NCBI GenBank assembly: GCA_008632985.1
Contig: QPGO01000007.1
Location: forward strand, 496,001-560,000
Direction: 5' to 3'
Length of the DNA: 64,000 nucleotides
Source of the DNA: Psammoneis japonica
Taxonomy: Eukaryota
A program made the position numbers and the translations under genes. This document shows positions 1-10,889 of this stretch, piece by piece; position 1 is the first letter of the stretch; every line of letters begins with the position of its first letter. The notes beneath the pieces were generated by a model. It saw only the letters and a list, made by a program, of their open reading frames with translations, did not search any database and was not told where the DNA came from.

Positions 1-637
1 CCTTCCTCGACGCTTCATGTGAGAGTCCCGGCATCATCACCCATACCAACAAGACATTTATGGACCAGGAGTCGGTGAAGTCGCCCTTCGTCAAAGCTCC
101 CTTCGAGATCGTTGGCGGTACAGTCACACCGATCATGTTAGCTCGGCATGCACGAGTTCAGTAGAAGTAGCCACTAATGTCCAGAGTAGTAGTGCCATGA
201 AGATGTCCAGCTTCCGTGTAAAGCACTTGAAATGAAAGCCGCCTTGGCCAAAACGCTAACTTCGAAGTGGCAAGTACTCACTATTCGACTTTATCAGCCA
301 TTTTGTAAATACCCATTCATCTACCAAGATATCCGTAGGCCTAAATCCGGTTGGTAACTCTGTAAAGTACAGAAGGCCCTACAGTAGCAGGGTTCATGCT
401 TGAAGCTTGTGGATCTACAATGGCATTCAATTAGTTTCCCATTATCCCAGCTTCACTTGGCATCTCTCGCGAAGGCTTCAATGACGCAACTGCGTCTTTG
501 CTTTCAGTTTGGATCAGATTGATACCATGTCCTCCGCGAAGTCTGCCAAAACAACATCCTGCACCTAGAGTGATGCAGCACGCCAGATTTGGTCTGGAGA
601 CATTACTCAAATTTGTTTTTCTTGGAATAACGAAGCA

Positions 638-937
638 TCATCCTGGATTGCAACCTTCTCCCGTGGGGTTGTACTTGGCCATGTACACAATCGGCGTTCC
701 CATAAACAACACAACCCAAACCACAAGAAAAAATAATACTCCGCCATTGATGAGTTCATGTGGTAGATCAGATACCAATAGCAGCACGGGAGCGATCAGC
801 ACACAGAATGTTGCAACCAAAAGTGGACAAAATAGCAATACCGCACCGTCTGATGGAGGCTCCGGTTGACGAGCATCCGAGTGTTCGTAGGAAACGTACG
901 GATGATGATTCGAAACACCTGGCAGGTTATCGTCCAT
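638..937 (-). CDS. Small hypothetical membrane protein (99 aa, two hydrophobic segments)
   Basis: ATG-started ORF with two TM-like stretches (AVLLFCPLLVATFCVLIAPVLLLV; GGVLFFLVVWVVLFMG); no family recognised. Confidence 0.35.
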   Translation of the reverse strand: MDDNLPGVSNHHPYVSYEHSDARQPEPPSDGAVLLFCPLLVATFCVLIAPVLLLVSDLPHELINGGVLFFLVVWVVLFMGTPIVYMAKYNPTGEGCNPG

Positions 938-1273
938 GTTCTATTCTTAGCCCAACGTGTGCTTCAGGCAGAAAACAGGATTGACGACGTTAGTTAGAAT
1001 TGCTATTGTATTAGATACCATACAAATCAGGCGGACTTTGGCGGGAGAAAGAGAAAGAGGCCGAAATGTGAAATTGAAAATTCCGAAAATATTTATATAA
1101 AAATTATTCGTCCACGAGGACTTTAAAATACTGTACAACAGTGGTGGTGGTTTTCAGTTTTGGGTTTGCTCCGAGAGTCCAGTGCTACTCATCAATCTAA
1201 TCCATCTTTTGCTAGACGATCGCATTGAAAAACAATGTATAACATCGTGTCATCAACAGCTATATGGTGAAGT

Positions 1274-4200
1274 TTATTCGGGATAGCCATTGGACTCAAG
1301 TGATATCTCATCGGAATCTGGCCTAGATTCACCTTTTGCATTGTCTACTTCCGATGGTCGCTCGTCTTCGCCTTCCGGCGACTCCTGCACATCCTTCGCC
1401 ACATCTCCGTTTTGTTCTGGTCCATTGTGCGCATCAAGGCTCTCAGGTTCTCCATCTTTTTCTGCGCTCGTGTCTTTGCTGATCGTGTTTTCGACACCAG
1501 ATACTTTCTCGTCTCGAGTCTCCTGGTCCGTCACCTCTTCTCGCGAGGGTGTTGTGTCGTCCTCCCCACCTCTTCCAGCGTCGTCCTGAGAGCTGTCGTC
1601 GTTCTCTTTCGGTACGACCTCATCTTCTACTTCCTCTCCACTGCTTTGTTCCGTATCCATATGTTGATGTGAAACTTCCTTTCCTAGAGCATCATCCTCT
1701 TCGTCGTCGACGCATTCAGCGTCGCCATCCTCCGCGTCTTCAACGTCACTCACTGGTTCATCTATGGCATCGTCAATAGCCTTCATTAAATCCTCCTTCT
1801 TGACTTCATCGCTCAACTCTTCTTCCGTTTCCTTGGTGTCGTCGACGATATTATCTCCTTCGCCTTTTGTCTCAACTTCTGCGAAGGCTTCCTCCATTTC
1901 TGCATCGGTCAATCTAAGTTGCTCAATGCCTGACTTAATTCTATTCATCAAGTCATCAAGCTCAGCCGCTTCATCATACTCCTCTTTTTCGACAGCAGCG
2001 TCAAGAGAACTTTGCGCATCGTTTAGCATCTCGGTAAGCTCTTTGAATTTTAAGATCTTGGCTTTGTGATCCTCTTTCTGACCTTCAGCAGCTTTGGAAG
2101 TTGTTTCCTTGCCACTTGCTTCCTGCTCTTTTTTAGATCTCGACTCGTCAATTCCCAATTCTTTGTGGATTTCATCCATACGCGTGTCCCAACCACCAAA
2201 CTTTGAACCATACATTTCACCTTCCTTCTGTAAAGCTTTAATTTGGCCACTCAAGACAAGAGCACCGATCGCTTGCACACTCTTCTTCCCCGACGAATCG
2301 CCACAGACTTCCTTTTTAGTTGTAATGAGACGCCTTATCTTGTCTGCCAGCTCGTCCATTGCAGCAACTACTTTCTCCTTTTCCTTTTCGTTCAAAATCG
2401 ATTTCTTCGACTCTAAAGCTGCCTTGAGCTCTTCCACTTCTGCCTTTGCCGTTGCAACACGAGTCGTCGCGTCTCCTTGCAGCTCTTCCTCGCAGTCTTT
2501 CAAACGCGCAGAGGCATCCTTGATTTCCTTGTTTGCTCTACCCGCTGCCTTGAAGTCTCTACGGGCCGCAGCTGCTTTCTTTTGGGATTCTAGCAATGGA
2601 ATGCGGGCAACTAGCGACTTGTGCTCGGCATCCAAACCTTCCAATACCGCTTCTGCTGCTTTGAGACGTTGAATCGCTTCATCTACGGCAGCTTCACCTT
2701 CAACCACCTTATTTTGCAATTCTGAAAACCCGCTTGCATCAGCTTCTGCGTCATCTTTGCTATTATCTGCGTCGCCACCTTCAAAAGCAACCTCTTTCTC
2801 GATGACTTGTTCGAGAGTTTCAGCGATAGCGATTTCATTCTGCAACCGTTTCATTAGTTCGTCATGTGATAACAGAGCTTCAGAGTGGGCCTTGACTTCC
2901 GCGTCATGGGATTCCTTTTCACTCTCGTATTTGGCTCGTTCTACCTTCCACTCGGTATGATTTTCCTTGACGGAAGCTTCCTTTCTCTGCACTCGGGCAA
3001 TCTGACGAGAGAAGCTCATCTTTACGCGTTCAATAGCGGCATCGTGGTCTGCGACCTCAGATTTGAGCTGCCTCTCCACCGCTTGTCTTGCAGCGAGTCG
3101 CTCGCGGAGTTCCTCGATTTCATCCTGCACCGTTTGTAGTTTTTGGCTAGTGCGGCATTGAAAGCAATGTGTAAGATCACATGGAAATAAGCTCGATCTA
3201 TCGTAAGCGGCCAAATTCATTGAAACTCACCTGGCATCTGCTCGCTGGCTTTCTATAGATTGCGTGCGTTCACCAATGGCACTATCCAGTTCAGCTCGTT
3301 CCTCTGCCGCTAGTGCTTCATCACGTTCAATATGCTTCAACTCTTTCGCAAGCCGTTCATTCTCGGCTGACAATTGCTTGGTAATGTTGGAAACCTTTTG
3401 CATAAACTCGGTATCATCCTTGCGTTCCGTGCTTTCCTCCTGGTGTTGAAACTCCACCAGTTTGGTTTGAGCCTTGCGGAAGCACTCCGCCACGGCGCCC
3501 ACCACACTCTTGCGTTGATCATTGAGCTGCGTCAATGCTCGAGTAATGTTTTCTAGAATACGCCCCAACTCTGTTTTTTCACGCTCCCACTTGTCCAACA
3601 CAGCCGCCAGTCGATCGGCCAAATCAAAGTCTTCCTCTTCGACAGCCACTCCCTGCTGTGTTTCGGCTTGGGTAATTTGCTGCGCCGCCAAGAGAAGTTT
3701 GTTTTCGGCAGCGTTGCGTTCTTCCAAGAGCGTGTGACGTTGCTGGCGAAGCTGCGCAACGCGGTCCATGGCCTGCATCGAGTCATTGGCAAACTCGGCA
3801 ATCAAGTCGTCGAGCTTTTCCGTCGGTGTCTTTTTTTTCGGTGGAGGTGGTGGTGTCTTGGGTCGCACCGGCGCTGGTGGCTCCACCACAAGCGGGGCTG
3901 GTTTTGGCTGAGCTAGCTCTCTTTCCCTATTCATGGCCAAGGTCCGTTCTGCCATGGCCTTTTGCATCTCTTCTTGTTCCCGTTGAATACGCTCGACAGC
4001 GGTTTCTTCCTTTGTAGATGAAGCCATTTGCGGCATGACCGCGGCTGGTTCTGGAATTGTTTTTCCATGACTGCTCCAACTGCTGTTTCGTTCCATACTG
4101 TTGTTACTTCCCCACTTGCCCTTTTTCTTGAACAATCCACCCATTCGAAAGTGTGGCGGCGACTTGGCCATTTGCGCCTTGGCCTCGAGTGCTGCAGCCT

Positions 4201-5176
4201 TGGCTTCAACGTAATCGTCGTCCTTGGGTGACGTCGGGTCCTTTCTGGTGTATGTGGGAGGCGTTGGTGGAGCAGAGAATTTCTGAGGAGCAGACGTTTT
4301 CATTTTTTCCTGCATGAATTCTTCGGCACGCCTTGCTGCCTCGAGCGAGGCATCGGCGGTATTGTTGTCTCCATTAGAGTCTTGTGACGACTTGATGGGG
4401 TCTTGTGTTTCAAGAGAGGGGGGCACAAACGCGCCAGTTTTGGGAGCTGACGGCTGCGTGATGCTACTCGATGACGAAGAAGCACTCATCGCGTCAGCCG
4501 CAGGCCGCATTGTCATTGTTGGTACATGTTCTTTAGCACCCGCTCCAATGTTTGTGGTTCGTCGTCGTCGCGTCATGGGCTTCTTTGTAGCTTTAGATAT
4601 AGCTCCTCCGAAGACAATACCACTTCCAACCGGCTGGCTGGGAGCCGGAGTGGCGGATAGCAAATCGCTTGCGCTTGCTGGAGGAGACTTTTTGGGCTCC
4701 GGTTCACTAGCTTTTGGTGCCTCTACTGGCTGTGTCAAAAAGGAAAATCCGCTATCACCAGCAGTATCACTCGACTCAGACTTTGCAACAGAAGGAGTTT
4801 CCTGAGTAGGGGCTGGAGTCGATAAAAAACTAAAGCCGGAAGAAGTCGCAGTCTCCTCTTTCTGGGGCGATGGTTCCTTCGTTGGCTCTTCTATCGGTTT
4901 AGTCAAGAAGGAGAAGCCGCTCGACGCAGGCTCATCTTTAGCTTCCTTAGCGGGAGATTCTGTTGCTTGCTCTGGCGGTTTCTCAGTGGTACCACCACCG
5001 CCCATAAAGCTAAAGGCAGAAGCAGCAGCAGGCGCCGGTGCTTCTGGCGCACCTCCACCAGACAAGAAGGAAAACGCGCTGCTCGGCGCTGGCGTTTCTT
5101 CCTTCGTCTTCTTATCATCATCCTTTTTACCATTAGCGGGCTTTGACGCACCCTTGATTTCTAATCCTCCAAACAT
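1274..5176 (-). CDS. Long coiled-coil protein with UvrB/UvrC (UVR)-like motifs, N-terminal S-x-F-S-F-L repeats and acidic C-terminal tail; 2 exons (5176-3231, 3146-1274)
   Basis: ORFs 3227-5206 and 1274-3220 join in frame across an 84-bp GT..AG intron (3230-3147; gtgagt...ctag). UVR-like motifs AVEEEDFDLADRL, AAARRDFKAAGR and AVEKEEYDEAAEL. Likely start MFGGLEIK at 5176. Normal TpA content. Confidence 0.8.
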
Positions 5177-5329
5177 GACAATAAAAGCAATGCCGCAGCG
5201 CACCACTGAATCTCATGACCGTTGGCAAAGTGACGAGAGCGGAGAGCGGTGCGTGCAACAGGCAACAGCCCAACAAGCCAAGGGGCAGTGTACGCGCGGA
5301 AATCGCGCGACCGATCGCCGACGTTTTGT

Positions 5330-5530
5330 GATGTACGTACTGTACATAGGCCCTCTCTACTCTATGTAGAAGTAGAGGAACCTACTGTAGTGTACTCTTC
5401 ATAGCCCTCTCTAATAACTCTACCGGTACCTACTAGCTAGTAGAGAGTAGGGAGAGAGTGGGTAAAGACCTTACCAATTCTCTGTCTCTAGCTAGCTAAG
5501 AGGTTCCTGATGTCGATACCTGGCTACTTT
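5330..5530. promoter_or_regulatory. Very TpA-rich intergenic tract upstream of the coiled-coil gene
   Basis: Dense TAC/GTA/CTAG words (tacgtactgtacatagg...tacctactagctagtagagagtag); regulatory role inferred from position only. Confidence 0.35.
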
Positions 5531-5957
5531 TCTCTTCGCTGGTTGTTGCTGACGTTCGAGAGACTTGAGCAGCAAAAGCTGTTGTGCCTAGCTAGATCTC
5601 TAGTAGAGAGTTTGGACAAAGCCCAGAATTACAGCTGCTTTTATTACCGGCATGTGTCACTAGTTTGAGAAAGAACAATTTTATGCTTCACAGCTGAGAG
5701 CTCTCTTTGTCCAACCGCGACTCGCAGGTCTACTTGCATGCAGTGATAGTGGGTCCACGAGACGGGTAACTTGGTTGTTGGGGATTTATGCTGTTTGCGT
5801 AACCAAGAGCAGTCTCGCCCCTCCTGTGGGGCCATCATGAAATTTGAAAGTGTGTAGCGTCAGGAGGGTCTGGTAGGTGCAAAGGCACAGTGGAACCTTT
5901 CTACGGGAGGCGGGAAGACACAGCCGCTGCCAGCCCTTGTTATAAGACATAACACAC

Positions 5958-7600
5958 TCAGAGCTCGTCCGGCTCCCTCCCTTGCTTGGGCCAAACATCT
6001 TCTCCAGACTCTTCCCACAATGGAAGAGTGCAAAATAGCACAATGAGGAAGATCACGTACGTTAAGGTGCAGACTCGGAGGCTCCAGGTGTCAATCTTTC
6101 GGATGAGCTTGCGATTCGTGTTGACGTCGCGCTTGCTGTGTATCATGGCCTGTTTGAGCGTAACTGAAGATCGCATGGATTGTCCATACGAGAAACCGGA
6201 TCGACGCTCTGGTTGGACATCGAGCACGTCTCCATTCTCCTCCTTCTCTCTCAACTCGTCGTCAACAGTGTGAAGCTCCCCATTGCTAACTGTGTGCGGT
6301 CTTTTGTTCCGCAGCATGCTCAGCTTTTCACGACGCTCTTCTGCTTCCTGGCGAGCAGCATCGTGTCCCACAAAAAAGAGATACCCCACAAGGACCGACT
6401 CGAGCAAGCCAAACATGACCCAGTAGAACGATGAATTGATCAAGACAGTGGCGAACAGTCGTTCGTTCGTCACGGGCAGATACTGAGCAGTCACAATCTG
6501 GTGAGCCGCCAAGACCAACAAGAACATGCCAAAACTCAAAAAGGTGAAGAGTATGGCAGGAACGATGATCCCGACGACGTAAAAGCGGGTTGCCCGTTCA
6601 AAGTAGAAATCGTAGTACACCGCTGCCGGTGGATAGGTAGCATTCTCATTTGTCATGTAGCCTACCTTCACCATCGCTTGCTTTAGTCTATATTCAGCGT
6701 ATTTGGGTTGCATATCACTACCTACCGTAAACCCGCTGCCGTCTAGTAGGAGCATCTGTATTCGTGACGTCCAGGGTCCAATCATATATCGGCACCCTAA
6801 CGTGTCAAATGGCATACGCCTAAGCCCAGCAAATGCACAGAGAGCCTTGAGGCCTCCGTTCCGTCTCCAATACACAGTTCCGTCACTGTACACCCAAGCA
6901 AGTGCTTCGGGCATGTTCTGAGCGCCTACTGCTTGATTGTAAAGGTCAACGTCTGGAACCCATATTTCGGTGCGTTCGTTCGCATTAGATGCACGAAATG
7001 TCGTACTATACGCACAATGCTCATTCACATCCCACGCCAGCCGCTCATCTTTCCAAATCATGTGTAACCCAACGAAAATCTCCGTCGTCTGTTCCTGCAT
7101 GGAAAGTTCCGTGATGTGAAGGAAATCCAGTTGGAACTCCACTAAAACGGGTGCCGAGGGACTCGTCGTGTTTTCCGGTTGTACAGCGGGGTTATAGTTT
7201 GACAGCAGCTCTGATTGCAGCCTAGTTTCACATTCATGACGAGGGGGGGGCATCACAGCAAGCATGAAGAAATTCGCTCTTGAGTCCAAGACATTCCAAG
7301 TCATCCGGAGCGAGTCCCTCTGCGCGTAGATTCAAGTCTTGACAGGAAATTGCCTCTTCGGTCGCGTCTTGTGAATAGATATAAGGAGTCACCTCTGGGA
7401 AGAGGTGTAGTTTCCGCAAATCGAACACGTCTGCTGCAGCTCTCTTGGAAGAGTCGGATTGCGAGTGCGGAGAATTTGCTCGCGAATCCGTTCCATCGAC
7501 AAGGCGTTTCGCGCTATTCGGGCCGGCAATGAAAGCGACTGGCCATAACGTTGTCTTGGTCTATCCATAGCACGGGAAGGAGCTAAGCCGTCTGACGCTA
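5958..7600 (-). CDS. Cys-loop (pentameric) ligand-gated ion channel subunit; 5' part broken by apparent frameshifts, possible internal M1-M2 deletion
   Basis: ORF 5958-7304 has WKDERLAW, IWVPDVDLYN, Cys-loop CAFAGLRRMPFDTLGC, post-ligand-domain FYVVGIIVP and a C-terminal M4 helix. Upstream ORFs 7234-7428 and 7389-7730 appear to continue the N-terminus in other frames. 5' coordinate approximate. Confidence 0.8.
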
Positions 7601-8107
7601 GCAGGAGCGAAACAATAGCAGAGGCACCAGCATGAGCTTTCGCGTGGGTGCCCGCATTTGCTTTTCTCTCTCGATTTCTGGCTGATTTCTTTTGTTCCAT
7701 GCGGCCTCCTGGATTTCTGAAAGCGTTCAAATCAGATCACTTTGAATTGCTGTTAGAGGAGGTTGGGTGGCATGGTTCGTTATTCGACACCCGGAAATCA
7801 ATCTTTCCCATTATCCCTTGCCAGGATTAGACAGCAGTGGCGCCACATTATTACAATATTTTAAAGAACAGACTTGTAAATACAATTTCTCTAGTACGGT
7901 GCAAATACATACATTTATTGCTTTTATTGGTGAATCAGCTGATCAGCTATTCATGGATAGACATGAAATTTTTAAAACATTGCTTAGACATCATTTCCAG
8001 CGACTCGTAGATCAAGGTTGGCACGACGGACCATCATCAATCGATCATCAATCATCAGAGTCATCGATGACAAAGATGGATTGAAGGTTCTTTGAGAGAG
8101 GGAGCCG

Positions 8108-9774
8108 TTGTCGAATTCATCTCGCTTGTCGAATCGGATCCCTGCAAATGCGAAGCATCATCACAAGATGACGATGAAGCTGGATTTTGCCAGGCTCGTG
8201 TTTTGTGGACGAAAGCAAGAGTTGGGCTCCCTCATGGATGCTTTCGATTCGACTTGTCAGCATCCACCATGTGCATTTGTTGAAGGAGAGTCGGGATCAG
8301 GGAAAAGCGCAGTGACAGAAGAGTTTCGAAGGCGTCTGCCACCCAACACCTTCTGCTGCGGCAAGTTTCTTGACGAGGGAAGGGATGCTTCTGAACCATT
8401 TTCTGCTGTTGTGGATGTCGCGCACATGTTGGCGAAGAGTCTTGTCAAAAGTGATGAGGCCGATTTGTTGAAAGAAAGGATCCAAAATGCTCTGCAATCT
8501 GATGTTCTCATTGTTGAAAGTGCAGTTCCCTGTTTGTCTGAATTGCTGAACGATGGCAACAAACCAGCCGAGATCCGAGAAGAAGCAGTGGCATCACAGA
8601 AGGGGCGGGCCTTTGACAGGTTAAGATTTGTGCTCAGAACGTTCTTGGCTGCTGTTTGCCTTGAAAGAAATGTTGTTTGTGCACTCAACAACATCCAGTG
8701 GGCTGGAATGGGTTCCGCCACTGTCATTGAAGCACTCCTGGAGAATTCTCAAGCAACAGCGCCTCGCAAGTTGATGTTCTTTGGCGCACACCGACCACTG
8801 ACTGTGCACGCTCATGTTGAGCAAATTGTTGAGAGACAAGGAGCCACAACTGTCAAGCCAAGCAGTCTGCCACACAGGAGATCTTGAGGTGACTGGTTTC
8901 CGTGCTCCTTTGAAGAGGCGACGATGAGGTGGGAGACCTCGCTGATGTCGTTCACCAGAAGACTGGAGGCAACGCTCTCTTCGCGGTGCAGTTCTTGCAA
9001 CTGTTGGAGCAGAGGGAACTCATGTGCTGTTTGACAACAAACTGTCATTGGGAATGGCACACAGATTGTGTCATTTCAGAGACGGGTGTCTCCAGCAATG
9101 TTCTTGATTTTGTTTCGGACAAGATCCAGATGCTTCCACATGACCAGCAAGTTGCGCTGGTCAATGCTGCCTGCCTGGGACTCACTCAGTTTGACTCATT
9201 GACAGTCTTTTCAGCATTGTCACCCCTGGAAAGCAATTTGGGCATCTCGCGAGATGTTGAAACAGGAAACCTTGAAGACTTGAATGAGATTCTCGGTGCC
9301 GCCGTCGAAAGAGGTTTTCTCGAATAGATTCGTCCTGGAGCATTCAAGTTTTGCCATGATGAAATTCGAGAAGCATCTCATGTGATTCTTGCTGATGATC
9401 AGAGCAGGCACACGATGCATCTGTCAATCAGAAAGAAGCTGCAATTGCGTTTGACTGAAGTTTCAAAGGGGGCAAGTGTGGACATCAGGCCAGATGATCT
9501 CCTTTTTCAGACGGCAGGCCAGTTGAGTTCAGTTTCGTCTCTCATTGAACACCTCGAGGAGAGGGTTGATCTTGCAGAGATTGACTTTGAGGCTGCAGCC
9601 CGGGCAATGGAGAGAGCCTCCTTTTTCCCAGCTTTTGATTTCCTTGATGCGGCAGGGAATCTCCTGGGACAAGATCCATGGCTGGACAATCATGATCTAA
9701 TGCTCAAGATTGCAATCGCTAAAATGAGGTGCTGTTGTTGCTGTGGCCGTCTTGAGGCCAGGCAGTGCTGCTGA
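8108..9774 (+). pseudogene. Decayed AAA/STAND-type P-loop ATPase (AAA_16-like, as in Ser/Thr-kinase-ATPase-sensor proteins)
   Basis: FCGRKQEL, Walker A GESGSGKS, EPFSA, LNNIQW, KTGGNALFAVQFL; frameshifts and in-frame stop at 9325; no Tyr in the three ORF fragments; TpA-depleted. Confidence 0.75.
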
Positions 9775-9924
9775 GTGGCCACTGCCAGCAACCAGCTGGC
9801 AGCCAGTGGAGCAAGCAGCCAGAGCTGCCATTGCCCTCTGCCAGCCAGCTAGAGAGGGCTGCCGGCATCAGTTTGTTGACATGTCAAGCAGTGGCCACTG
9901 CAGCATGGGCTGCTCTCTTTGTCT

Positions 9925-10880
9925 GGTTGCTGATGCCAACACCTGGCCACTTTTCTCTTTGCTGGTTGTTGCTGATGTTCAAAGAACTCAAACAGGAAAA
10001 GCCATTGTGCCTGGCCAGATCTCTGGCTTGGGCAAAGCCCAGAATTGTGGCTGCTTCCATTGTCATCACGTGTCAACACTTTGAGAAGAAAGAACAATTG
10101 TGTTTCTCTGCTGAGAGCTCTCTTTGTCCAACTGTGCTGACTCGCAGGGCTTTTTGCGTGCAGTGAGAGTGGGTCCACAAGACTGGCAACTTGGTTGTTG
10201 GGGACTTTGGCTGAGTGGTGAAAGCAGTCTTGCCTCCCCCCATGGGCCATTGTGGAATTTGAATGTGTGCAGTGTGGCCTGGCAGGTGCAAAGGCATGGT
10301 GGAACCTTTTCACTGGGATCTGGAAAGACACAGCTGCTGTTAGCCAGCCCTGTTCTGGCATCAACACACTTGGAGCTTGTCCAGTTCTCTCCTTTGCTTG
10401 GGCCAAACATCTTTTTCAGACTCTTCCCACAATGGAAGGGTGCAAAAAATGGCACAATGAGAAATGTCATCATTTGTGTTGACACGCAGACTTGGAGGCT
10501 CCAGGTGTCAATCTTTTGGATGAGCTTGCAACTCATGTTGATGTCACACTTGTGGTGTGTGGTGTGTCATGGCCTGTTTGAGCAAGTGCAACTGCAGATT
10601 GCATGGATTGTCCACACAAGAAACTGGGTTGAAGATCTGGTTTGCCATTGAGCACTTCTCTGTTCTCCTTCTTCTTGCTCAACTCATCGATGACATTGTC
10701 AAACTCTCCATTGCTGGCTGTGTGGGCAGTCTTTCATTCTGCAGCCTGCTCAGCTTTTCACAATGCTCTGCTGCTTCATGGTGAGCAGCATCATGTCCCA
10801 CAAAGAAGAGATGCCTCATGAAGACCAACTCGAGCAAACCAAACATGACCCAGCAGAATGATGAGTTGATTGTGACAGTG
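9925..10880 (-). pseudogene. Hypermutated duplicate of the 3' half and 3' flank of the Cys-loop channel gene (matches ~5507-6450)
   Basis: Direct alignment: tggctacttt>tggccacttt, gcctagctagatctctag>gcctggccagatctctgg, cagtagaacg>cagcagaatg; peptide INSSFYWVMFGLLE>INSSFCWVMFGLLE. Confidence 0.9.
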
Positions 10881-10889
10881 CTCTTGATG

